Source: Amoebophrya sp. A120 (Eukaryota > Protista > Dinoflagellata). From it: a DNA stretch of 64,000 nt. Position 1 is the stretch's first letter; every line of letters begins with the position of its first letter. A program made the position numbers and the translations under genes. The notes under the pieces were generated by a model. It saw nothing but the letters and a program-made list of their open reading frames with translations. It made no database searches and was not told the DNA's origin. Shown here in pieces: positions 44,479-55,917 of this stretch. Location of the stretch: the NCBI GenBank assembly GCA_905178155.1, contig CAJINV010000003.1, forward strand, positions 2,313,065-2,377,064. The letters run 5' to 3'.

Positions 44479-46461
44479 ATGTCGTTGCCGCCACACAGGG
44501 AACCGTTCCTGTTGAACAAATTTTTGGACGCGGAGAGCCAGCAGGACTACGAGTTTAGAAGACCGTGCCTCCACTCCAAGAACTTCTGCGACTACGAATT
44601 CTTCCGGCGAATGAACATCAAGGACAACTTCGTTGAAGCCCGATTTCCTCGATTCAAACACGCAGACTTCCTGTATTTTATTCTAATACGCATATAGTAC
44701 CAATGTAGACATGAAGCAGATTCTTGTTTCGGATGAAGATCGGAGCATTGATGTTCATGCGCTCGTGCACACACTGCAACAATTATTTCGCACTGCACTC
44801 ATGCGCAGCTCGAGCAGCACTTGATATAATAAGTAATTGAAGATGGTTATGCAAAGCGCTAACATGTTATTAATATTAACTCGTGCTGTGCCTTTTCGTT
44901 TTCACTAAAGTGAGAACTACGCATGAAAAAAAAATCGACTATCTGCAGGTACAAACTTCCCGACTGCGCCGTGACACAGAGGGATGCAGATGACGCGAAG
45001 GAGCGAGGCAGCTTGAGTCCGCGAGGACACGGGCCGGGCAAGACCACCTGGGGCATGACGATCGATAATCACCACTGCCAACAGCGAACGGCGTTTCCCG
45101 AGCGCATGCGCGACGTCGAAGGAAACAAGGTACTAGTACATCAACAAACGGGGTGCATTATCTATCACGACAAGAAAAATACTACATATGAAGACCACGA
45201 CCTCATGCGTGTTGTTTCACGTGGACAATAGTGGAGCTTGAAAATGGAATGCAATGATAATATGCAAAAAAAAAACCACAGGAAATGATGAACAGCGGGC
45301 CAGCCGTGTTTAAGACCGTGATGGACAATTTGGCCAACGGTTCCAGGGATCTCAGTTTCCGCCGTCTGCTATCCCACAGAAAAAAGCTGGCAGGTCACAA
45401 AAATAAATACACAAAAAAATCCGTATTGCGTATCCTCAACAGCATGCTATGAGGCCGCCCATGACAGATTTTTCTGTGTATTTATTTTTGCATTACAAAT
45501 ATGCCCTGCCAGCTTCTTTCTGTGGGATATCTGCGCTACATGGAAAAGTCCAAGGGCGGCAAGACGTTCGAGACCCGGGCCCGCGACGAGAAATGGAACC
45601 GGTTTCGGGAGGGCGCGGGTCCCATATGGATTGCAAATATGTCTGGGTCTGGAAGAGTACAAACTTGCGATGCGCATTTCAGAACACAGAAAAATCTCTC
45701 ATGCATAGCTAGGTAGCAAAAGCTGCCCACTTTCTGTCACCAAAGTGGAGGACCTGTGATGCGGATTCGGCATTGCGGAAGCTTCTCGAAACCTGTGATG
45801 CTAGAGCTTCCATGCCAGACCTTCTGCGTCATGCAAAAACAGCATTACTCTAACTCTTCCAGATCCGCAGACAGTTTTGCATTTGGTATCCCATCACGCG
45901 CACCAAATTCCTCAACGTCAACGAGGCCAAGGCACGCTACGGGACTTTTCGAGTGCCAGGTAAAAATTGTGCTCCACAGGATTCCTCATTCGCTCCTTTT
46001 CAAGAAGGTTATTCCTGTGGTATTCGTATTTCAGCATAAGTAGAGTTTAATTTTGTTTTTACCTGCTCGGGGATACTGTTGGAGATGGAGATGAAAAAAA
46101 ATCAGGTGCGAAATCCGTGCCGCAACTGCCTTACTGGTCGGACAGCGGTGAGCAGAGCCGAGTGACCACTATCAAGTGTAAAAGTGTCTGGGTCTGGAAG
46201 AAGGCGCGATTTGTGATGCTGCTTTTCCAGGACCCATGAGGTCTGGAATGTCGGACCTAGCATGACAGATCCTGCGAGACCTTTCTCATGCCTATCCTGC
46301 ATGAGAAACTACCTCCCGAGTTGGTCAAAGTTGGGCGACTTTTGGTAATCATGCAACACAGATTTTTGCATGCTGCAGATTCAGCATGACAAGTTGCAAT
46401 CTTCCAGACCCAGACATTTTTACATTTGATAACCACCCCGCCGAAGCAAAACGTGCATTAA
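44479..46461 (+). CDS. Hypothetical protein with three introners and three canonical introns
   Basis: A continuous frame MSLPPHRE...FRRLRYMEK...AGPITRTK...RVTTPPKQNVH* results after removing the elements. Confidence 0.65.
45370..45529. mobile_element. Introner, family D, 160 bp
   Basis: TSD TCTGC at 45365-45369 and 45530-45534. Homologue of 7435-7605 with an ~11-bp deletion in the left arm. Confidence 0.92.
45625..45888. mobile_element. Introner, family B, 264 bp
   Basis: TSD TCCCA at 45620-45624 and 45889-45893. Confidence 0.9.
46170..46431. mobile_element. Introner, family B, 262 bp
   Basis: TSD ACCAC at 46165-46169 and 46432-46436. Related to 9174-9434. Confidence 0.92.
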
Positions 46462-48138
46462 CTGGGTGAGTTCTCGAATCCGGTTGGTGTCAAAGTACAT
46501 GCAGCATAGAAGGCCTAAAATCTTGTCAATTTTTTATTGTGCTAGGTAAATATGATCACACAGGAAGAACCAAAACCAATTCAAATGTATTGTTGCCATG
46601 TCGTCGCTCTGTCTCAGGTAAAGGTAAAGCTACACTAGTCACCATCACCGCCGTAAGAGATCGCTATGGTCCAGTAAGTGCTTATGAAGAAGAAGAAAAT
46701 TTGGCATGCCAAGAGTGGGAATCAGTTTGGAATTTGCAAAGGAACAATTTTGAAGAGTTTGAATATGAGTCGATTACAATAGGTGTTTTTAGCACGTTGC
46801 ATAGGCTACATAGGTTTACAACTGTATACTATTTTTGAATCAATCAACTGTAGGATCCTTTTAACACTGTATCTAATGTTTGTACTTTACAAAGTTTTCT
46901 TTCACAAATGTCATTTGCGTCGGGGCCTTACCGCAGTCACGAAAAACACGAAACACTTAAAATACGAGCAGCTTGCGCACCACGAATAAAACCGTTACTA
47001 CGAGGCGTAGCGGGCGGCTGAAAAGAGCAAGTGAGAACGGCAGCGAATCGGACAAGGCTTTTGACTTTGTAATTTTTATGGGAAAAGCAATTTGTTACTG
47101 GAGCGCCACAGCCAAAATAACGAGCAGTCTACGCTACATGCGTCTACTATTAGGGTGTCAGCTTCAATGATGTCTGTATCTGTTCTCTGGGCTGCAAATA
47201 AAACAAGCATATTTATATACAGTAGTTCTTTCGTCGCACAACTTCGTGGAATTGCAGCGCATCATGCTCACGGGGCCTGGGATTTAGCAAAAGAATCAAT
47301 ATACATGGCTTGACGTGCTTTTCAAATTTGCGCTTTTTACATCGGTGGCGTCGTCGTCGTGAATATGGGGGTCCGTCGTATCGTCTGTATTGCAGCACTT
47401 TCCAGTGTACAAGTCGCTGTCACAAAAAAAAGCTACGCTTTTCCGTACAAAGAAGCATTGCCACCGCTCTCCTTTTTCATCGATCTGGATTTTTCATTCT
47501 GTTTCACAATTGTAGCCCGGATGCTTTTTTTTTCGCGGTTAAATATTGAGCATTACTTATTCTGCACGAATTTGTTTTATCGCATCCCGAGCTTGAGATC
47601 CAGTGGTGTATTACACAAACAAGTACCGACGAAGCAAGACAATTTTGTGTTGGCGCTTCAGAACATCAGAAAAGTTTTTGTGCTTCTTTGAGACACCAGA
47701 ATGTCGCGCGTTGGGTTGGCCAACTTCAAGCTGCAGGCGGCAGTGCCAAACCAGCACGACAAGGTATGGAGGGAAGGCCTCAACCGTGAACAGTGGGACC
47801 ACCTGTATCATGCCATGCGCGTCGAGGATCCGAAGAGAAAATACACCTACAAGTACTATGTTCCTTAAAAATTACACAACCTGTCATCATGCGTTTTTAC
47901 TGTTCACCCTCAGATGTAATAAATAAAACCCGTTCTTCTTGCAGTCTGTGACCTATGCGCTGCAGCAGGGCGGCTTTGGTCTGCGCATCTATTGCTGTAT
48001 CATACCTGCGATAAAATTCTTATTTTCAAATTGAAAGTGACCAGAGGTGGAACTACCGAAAAAAAAAAACACACACACACACACGACAGGTCAGCACAAA
48101 CGGAAGGGAAGGACAAATTCGCAAAAACATGGCACATC

Positions 48139-49640
48139 ATGAGCCACATCCACAGCTCCGCCGCCGGCCAAGGGTCATACCACTACAACGTGCAGAAACC
48201 GGTGGGAAACGTGCAGGTTTGTTATTCTACCCAGGTTGTATGTACTTGATATCTGACTGTATGTGTAGAAGAAATCTTTGACGCGAGAATTTTTCCAAGA
48301 GGTATGCATTTTCGAATTCTCTAATGAAAATTACAAACCATGAGATTTTTTTTTTATCTTTTCAAACACCGTACTGTTTAGAATTCTTTAGACACTGGCG
48401 GCAGAAAATGAAAAAAATCAACGATAAAAATCGACAAAACGACACGGACACCAGTGCTACTTCCCCTCCGCGTCCTTCTCCTACGTGCCGCACGTAACGG
48501 ACAGCGAGAACGCCGAGAACCGGCAGTTGCTGAAGCAGACAGCGTTGTTTGAGAACGCGCCCCAACCGCAGGGGTTGTCGGACTACATTCTGAGCAGGAA
48601 ACACAAAGACCAGCTGTGGAACCACTCACGGGGCGCGAAGGTGGACAGCCGGGGCGCGAAGGTGCGGTCCGTCTCGCTTCGCAACCTTGGCTACGACAAG
48701 TCGACCTACAACGAGGCGTACTACAGAGAGGGGCTCTTCAACTCGGACTCCCGGAACCTGCACGACGGCGGCGTGCAGGAGGCGAGACTAGCGCAGCCAG
48801 GCAGCCTGCTGCTGAACCACACGCACCCCGCGGACGGGCGGTTCCAGCCGGGTCCCTGGACACGACCGCGAACGATGGGCGCTACGGGCAGCAGCATCAA
48901 CGTCGCAGGAGCAGCACAGCCCTCCAGCGCCGACCACCGTCCCGCGACGACCGGCCAGCACAACGCATCACCCGCAAAGTCACAGCACTCCAGCACACCG
49001 CAGGTCGGGGACCAAAACCACTTGCGACTCGCGTCCACGCACAGCGGCGGGTTTTTCCGCGACGCGCACGGTGCCCAGAACGCCTACCGCAACGACGTGT
49101 ACGACAGCACGGTGGGCCGATTCGACCAAATCCGGGACAACAAGTCCGAAAACGGCTCCCACCGGGGCCACAAAACCTTCATGGACGTGAAAAACGACCC
49201 CTCCGTCACAAACCCGAAGATAAGGCACTCCTACTCACTTGGCTGTTTTTGCTTACGTCGATGATGATTATGATTACTAACGATATGTTGAGATCTTTTT
49301 GCTGTAGTACGTACTAAGTACGTAGTTGAAGGTACTTGTGTCGACGTTTTGCAGTGGTGCGTCTTGCGTGTCATGTGTAGAAATTGTCAATATCCAACAC
49401 AGGTATTCTAAGACAGTGTCGGGACCGTTCTTCCAAGCGGGGCGTGAACAGGAGCGCGCTACGAACAACCGCACTGCGGCGGGACCGCTGAACTCCTTCA
49501 ATAAGCGTACTCGGCAGCACCCACCACGGTATACTGCTCTTGTCGGATACGATTCTATGCGTAGCATCGCGCGCAGGTCCAGTTGTGGCCCTGTATTCAG
49601 ATCGAGAATAGGTGTCATCTGCCGATTAGCATTGCAATAG
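48139..49640 (+). CDS. Hypothetical multi-exon protein (3' end uncertain)
   Basis: Exon MSHIHSS...GNVQ|gt joins in phase to cag|CYFPSASFSYVPH and the 259-aa GC3-rich ORF. A further exon lies near 49402. Confidence 0.5.
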
Positions 49641-50755
49641 GACTCGTCATGATGAAATTTTTTGCTACTTGTCTAGCTACGCACACGTAGAAAATCACCA
49701 CGAAACTACAGGTACGAAACGACGGATCGTGACGTACCCGCAGCGCGCGCTCGGCGAACAAATCAGCCCAACGCACCGAGCTTCCAGCGCGTCTACGCAG
49801 TGTAGGAGAGTCGTGATGCGAGCCTGTGGTCTTTCGACGAGCGATAAAGGTCGGTCCGGAGGAAGAACAATACCAACTTTATTCGAAACTTCAGGGAAGA
49901 AAAAGAAGGTTACAGTTGAGTTTTCGTGTTGAAATATTTATCACATTTTTGGCCGAGAAGGCGTGACGCTACTACAGATCATATGCCTTGATTTTACTAC
50001 TACATTACAACAACTTTTCACAGTCAGTACAAATCTTTCAGATTTATTATCATCAGAACCAGACAGCACCAATCGGAGAGCAGCAGTGCTGCCTTCGCGG
50101 TTGAAAAAAACAAAATGTACCATCTTTTCGTTTGTGACACTACATTTCTAGAGTTGATGCATCCTGTGCTTTTATTGGGTCATTGTCACCTTCTGACAAC
50201 GCTATTTGTAAAATTGTTTTCGCGTCGAATCTTGTTTCACTCCAAGTCGTATAATGAGAAAAATGTACTCTAAGTCGCGCTCTGCCCGACGGCTTCGGGC
50301 AGAACCAACTGTATTGGAAACAGGAAGCCAACTATCGACGACGCTTTTGAAGATTTTGTAGCAGAGAAAATCAAACACCGCAGCGAATTTTTGCCGAAAA
50401 GAAAAAACGCTGCCCTGCAGGTTGGTGCCTGAAGTTTTCCTGTTTTCGTCGGGGTCCATCTAGTGGAGGATCCAAAACGGCTCCAACGAAAAGCCGAAGC
50501 TTCTCTTCGAATACGATCGAACATTTCATCGCGTGTAAGTAGTACGCATCCACCCGTTCTTCCCAGCCAATAGTACTGCCAGGCTGCTGATATCTTGGCC
50601 AGCGTCCTGGCCGTTGGTCGACAGTCATCAAACCGTAGTTTTTGTGTTTGTAGAGTTCTTTCAATAACGATTTTGAAAAAGCTCACGCGCTTTGCATACA
50701 ACTCTAATATCAGTAACTCGGAGGCTTGTTTAAATGTGAAGACCTAGCTGATGCC

Positions 50756-51999
50756 ATGGTGCTGATTGTGTACGCCCTGATTTCCCGTGGCGAGATATCA
50801 AAAGTAAAAATGTCTGGGTCTGGAAACTTGTGATGCTGGGTGGCGTCTCATGATGAGGCTACGAATGCTGGCTCAGCATGACAAGTTTCTGAGCTCCTAG
50901 GTGTTGCCTATTCTGCATGACAAACTGCGGCGCTGCATCACAGAAAAACGGAGCTCTTGGATAATGTGCATGACAGATTTAAGAGTCATACCAGACAAGC
51001 ATGACAGACATGAATTCTTCCAGACTCAGACATTTTTACATTTGGTACGAGACCGTCCTGTGCGAGAGCAGCCTGGCTTCGGGAAACTTTCCGGAAGTGA
51101 CCCGCTCACTGCTTGCAAAGGTTTTCGCATCATGGACTGCTGGTGTACCTGGCGGGGTCGGGGGGGGAGGAGGACCGCAGCTTGCCAGTGGCGGGAGCAG
51201 TGGGTCAACGAGCGGACGCACCATTATCCCACCGGCCCAGGGGGAAGTGAAGCGACTGTCCTACTTGTACGACCAGTGGCTCTTTCACTTTGTGCTCGAC
51301 AACCAGTTCTGTTTCCTGTGTCTGGCGGAGCGCGAGGCGGGCAGAAGAATACCCTTCACGTTTCTGGACCAGCTAAGGACAGACTTCAGAACAAAGTATC
51401 AATCTCTGATGCAGCTGCTGCCCTCTTGTTCTGTAGTACTGATTAGAAGATGACAGCGATCATGTTTACTACTCGTATCGTTCTTCGTGTTTTGTTCCGT
51501 GAAATAAGAAACTGAACTTGCTTCTTCTCCAAAAAGGAATTGGGGTTCACCCGTCGTTAAATTCAAAAAAAAACACAGAACTGTTCAAAATGCGAAACAA
51601 AGGTTTTCACCCCTGTTTCTGGACCGCCGCGCCTCCGCCTGGGACAGTAGCAAATTGCAGACGGCCTTTGGCCCCGACCTGCACCAGCTTCTCGAATACT
51701 ACAATTCCACAGACGCGGACGCGATCCGCCGGGTGCGCGGGGAAATCGCCGATTTGCAAAATGTGATGGTGGATAACATCGAGAAAATTCTTTTGCGGGG
51801 CGAGAAAATCAATCTCCTGGTCGACAAGACCGCGGAGCTGGAAACGAACGCGGTCGTGTTTCGTCGGGACGCGGCTGAGCTGCGACGGATCATGTGGTGG
51901 CGAAATTGCAGAATCGTGGTGAAACTGACATTTCTGATCCTGCTACTCATTTTCCTCGTCATCTGGTACGAATGCGGATTCAAATTTGACAAGTGTTGA
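50756..51999 (+). CDS. VAMP7-like longin R-SNARE
   Basis: Reconstructed MVLIVYALISRGETVLCE...GNFPEVTRSLLAK (longin domain), MVDNIEKILLRGEKINLLVDKT (R-SNARE motif) and a C-terminal TM helix after MWWRN. Confidence 0.92.
50796..51047. mobile_element. Introner, family B, 252 bp
   Basis: TSD CGAGA at 50791-50795 and 51048-51052. Inverted close copy of 9479-9730. Confidence 0.94.
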
Positions 52000-52585
52000 C
52001 AGCGGTGTGAAGAAAGCTGCCCCAGTAGATAAGCGGGCGTGGTTCCTGCAGAAAGTTAATGCTGGAGATGAACGTGCGGCTCCGGGTCCGGTGCATGACG
52101 TTGTTGTAGCGACGAGAAAGTGGAGAGCAGTATCTTTCTGATTGTCCAAAGCTCTACTGGCAAATGCAGATCATCTTGTCGTGCCATCGAATTACTCACG
52201 CCAGAAGGGAGGATCTTACTTTGCGGCTACGGCCATGTCGCCCGAATTTTGTCCAATGCTCGAGGCTTTTTTGACGTTCCTGTTTCTTTTCATTCGATCT
52301 TGCGTTTCTTTTGACATTAGCGGAGCGCAAACGCCGCGAGATCCATTGGACCATTTCATCTAAACCGCTTTTCTTGCGGCGTGGCCGCATTTCAAGTTTT
52401 TTTTGGTTACCGTCGCGTAAGCGATTAAGTTAGCATATCGATATTACCTTCTGAGTAAGTACACCCTGCGACAATTCCAGTCGCCATCGCGGATGTGCCC
52501 ATGACATTCATGAACATTCGGCATTTTGTTTAAGCTCTGTTTTTCTGTAGTCGTTTTAGACCCTCGTCTACCAGACCAGAAAACG

Positions 52586-55071
52586 ATGGACGCAATGTCG
52601 CGCGGGCGCAGTTGCACGCGGGCTGCAGGCGATTTGCTCCGGCGGTCCAAGACCGGCTCCGTGGCGGTGCTCCTGCAGCGACAAATTTGCAGTGCGACGA
52701 TGAGTACCAGCAGCACTTCTACGTCCAGGTGTTCGTCGAGGACTACAACTCATGCGCCGCCGACCCCGTCTTCTTCCTCCACAGCGGCGGCGCGTGTCAG
52801 CACCACCTTGCCCCACCGGGTCCACAGACGGACGATGTCCCGCACAGACCATGATAGGCAGCAGGTTCGGAAAATCTCGTTCGCAAATGGCGACCCCTTT
52901 TCCGCGTTCGGCGGCCAATTTGGCGGGTTCGGCGGCGGGCGCGGCGGTGGGCCTGGGGGGTTCGGCGGGAATGGGAATGGCAACGGCCGCAGCCCCCCGG
53001 CTACGAAGAAACTGTACGAACTGCTGGGCGTGTCAGAAAACAGCACGGAAAAGGAGATCAAAGTAAGACTCAGTTGTGTTTTTTTTCCTCGTCGTGTGGG
53101 TGTGGGTGTTCTTGTTTCCACGGCGACTGGACTTTTTTGATAGTGGTAAAAGTGCTGCCCGATCAAATACACGTGGCGGAGGCTGTCTATCGGTCGCGGT
53201 TTGAAGCGAATTTTTGACGAGCAGGCAGAAGTAGAACTAGAAGACAGAGACTGGTGTCTTCAGACATACACGACAAATAACAAATGACAGGCTGCGTACA
53301 AGAAGAAGGCGCTGCAGTTTCACCCGGACCGGGGCGGAAGCGAGGAGCAATTCAAGGAGATCTCGAAGGCCTACGACGTGCTGTCCAGTCCGGAAAAGAA
53401 GAAGCTGTACGACGTGTACGGCGATGCGGGACTGGAGCAGATGGAGCAGGGCGGCGCTGGCGGGGGGCCCGGGATGGGCATGGCCCAGGACCCGTTTGAC
53501 ATGTTCCGGGACATTTTCGGGCAGGCCGCCGGCGGCCAGATGCGCACGCGAAGGACGCAGGACATTGTGCAGAAGGTGCGGCTCTCCCTGGAGGACATCT
53601 ACAAGGGCGTCACCAAGGACTACCAGCTGCAACGGCACGTGTTGTGCGAGTTCTGCGGCGGCCACGGCGGTAGCGAGGTGGTGGCCTGCAACCAGTGCGG
53701 CGGGGTGGGACGCATCGAGCAGCAGCAGCGCATGGGGCCCTTTGTGCAGTTCGTGCAGACAGAGTGCCCCAAGTGTCGAGGTACTGCGGTGGAGGTTTTC
53801 AGTAGAGAAGCTGCGGAAGTACTCATTTTTTGCAACGTGAGGGTGAGATGGCTGACAGTTTTCTAACGTTTCCAGGACAGTGAAGTAACAGCAAGACGTA
53901 GAAGCCAAAATTTACACCGGTCAAATCATATTTGGTGTGCTGCTCGTTTCATAACACAGGCGCCGGCATGATCGTGCCTCCGGGGAAGCAGTGTCGCCCC
54001 TGTCGCGGGAAGGGCATCGTGGAAAAGAAGGAGTTTTTTCAGATTCACGTCCCACCCACTGCAACCACCGGCTACGTGCAGAAGTTTCAGGGTAAGGCCG
54101 ATGAAGCGCTCGGCTTTGAGACGGGCGACCTGGTTTTTGTCGTGGAAGAGCAGAGGCACGCGACGTTCCACCGGGTCGGGCAAGATCTCATGATCAAAAA
54201 GTCGCTCCCGCTGCAGGACGCACTCTGCGGATTCCGGTGAGATAGTTAGATTGATACATTATGCCGACTCGGTTACTCGCTAAGCGTATGCATAGATATA
54301 ATGCGCTTATTTATTTTGCGGCAATACCCGAGGCGCTGTGGAAATGATAATGAACGCAATATTTCATTCTTAGGAAACTGTTTTCTGCCAACATTGATTT
54401 CTTGTCTGCCAGGTTCAAAATCCGGTTTCTGGACGACGAGGACGTGATCCTGGAAAGCCAGCCGAACCAGGTGGTGAAGCCGAACGACATATTATGCAAG
54501 AAAAAAACTGTGTAAGTGTAAATTTGTGTTGCAGAAGATGCAACAGAGTTCCACTAGTCATGCCAGACAGCCATGAAGTCCTCTTTTCATGTGTGTTTTC
54601 CCTTACAAACCATGCATGACAGGATTTCTCTGTCATGTAGAGCAAATTTGTGATGCTGTTCCTCGAAGAAAGTTACACTTACACACTTTTTTTCGTGGAT
54701 ACATATGGCGCATACCTGGGAAGGGCATGCCGACTTCCAACGGGACGTTTGGGGACCTGATTGTGCGTTTTGAAATTTTGTTCCCGAACACGGTGACGCC
54801 CAACTCCCGCGACGCTTTCTCCAAGCTCGGACTCGACCGTAGCTTCTTCTACGCAGAGAACGGCAGCGCGCCAGCAAGTGCAAACGAGACCACGACGACT
54901 TCCCCCGCCGGCGAAAGTAACGGCACGACGGGCTCTGCGGGTGGTCCGTCGACGCACCGCGCCGAGCCTTTGGACAGGCACGCGAAAGATCAGCTTCTCG
55001 AACGACTACAGCGCCAGAAGGATCGGTCGCAGTCCGGCCAAGCCGGGGAGCAGCAGTGTCAAATGATGTGA
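52586..55071 (+). CDS. Type I (DnaJA-like) Hsp40 co-chaperone with N-terminal extension and CaaX box
   Basis: J domain LYELLGV...ALQFHPDRGG...YDVYG, four CxxCxGxG-like repeats, GDLVFVV, DALCG, IPGKGMP and C-terminal CQMM. Confidence 0.92.
54493..54701. mobile_element. Introner, family C-like, 209 bp
   Basis: TSD CATAT at 54488-54492 and 54702-54706. Removal gives VKPNDIWRIPGKGMP. Confidence 0.9.
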
Positions 55072-55917
55072 TGTTATTTGAAATTATGCAAAGCGTTTTT
55101 TGTCTTCTCTTTGTCTTTAATCACGAGAAGCTCGTTGTGATAGAGTGAGATTCTCTAACACGACGCGAGGCAGCTCCAGAAACCAATATCCAACGGAAGA
55201 TGAGTCCTTTCGTAAACAAGTTCTTGCAGTGCCAGTATGAATACTTATTTTCCTTTCAACACCCTCGACCGAGAAGGCGTACGAGTTAATGATGTGCTTT
55301 ATTGGAGAAGCTTCTTGTTCTGATTGTTCTTTATTCCTCGTCGACGCCTCGCCTATCGGTTCTGCACAAGCGCTGCTCAGATTCGATTTCGTCGTAATAA
55401 TCACGGAGAGTAAAGATCGTAGTAGAACGGGGCAAGGATGTAGTAGACATATTTTGTCGTTGGGGGAAGATGAAGATCCTACTTGTTCCTGAGATCTAGG
55501 ACTCGTGGTTTCGTGCGCAGCTCGTATTTGTTTCTGCAGTAAGAACACCGAGAGAATCGTGGAACAATTGTCGAAACGTCATTTCCGCATTCAAATAGTA
55601 CAACTTTTTCGTCGATTCCGGGGGTTTATTGCGTATTTGTTTTTGTCGCTTGTTGTTTTTGTTAACCACAATATTGTAAAAGTTGCGATCAACTGTGTAG
55701 GACCAGTAGGGAAGTGGAGTTTTTTTCCTACCCCCGAGCCGCTTTCTCGACATTTTCGGAAGGCGGCTCGCTTAGAACAGTTGTGAATGTATGAACCGTA
55801 TAAGTACGACCCTATTGTACAATAAGTTTCATCTCCACCCAGCACAACTCCACACGACCATTTCCGAGCCTATCTTGAAATAGTAAGACAAAACAAAAAC
55901 TCCACTTCCGTTTCACC

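Noticed and set aside
46500-48100. Short ORFs in AT-rich spacer DNA (also 2550-3600, 30130-31600, 49650-50700)
   Set aside because: No recognisable motifs or consistent exon structure, so these are treated as intergenic or UTR.
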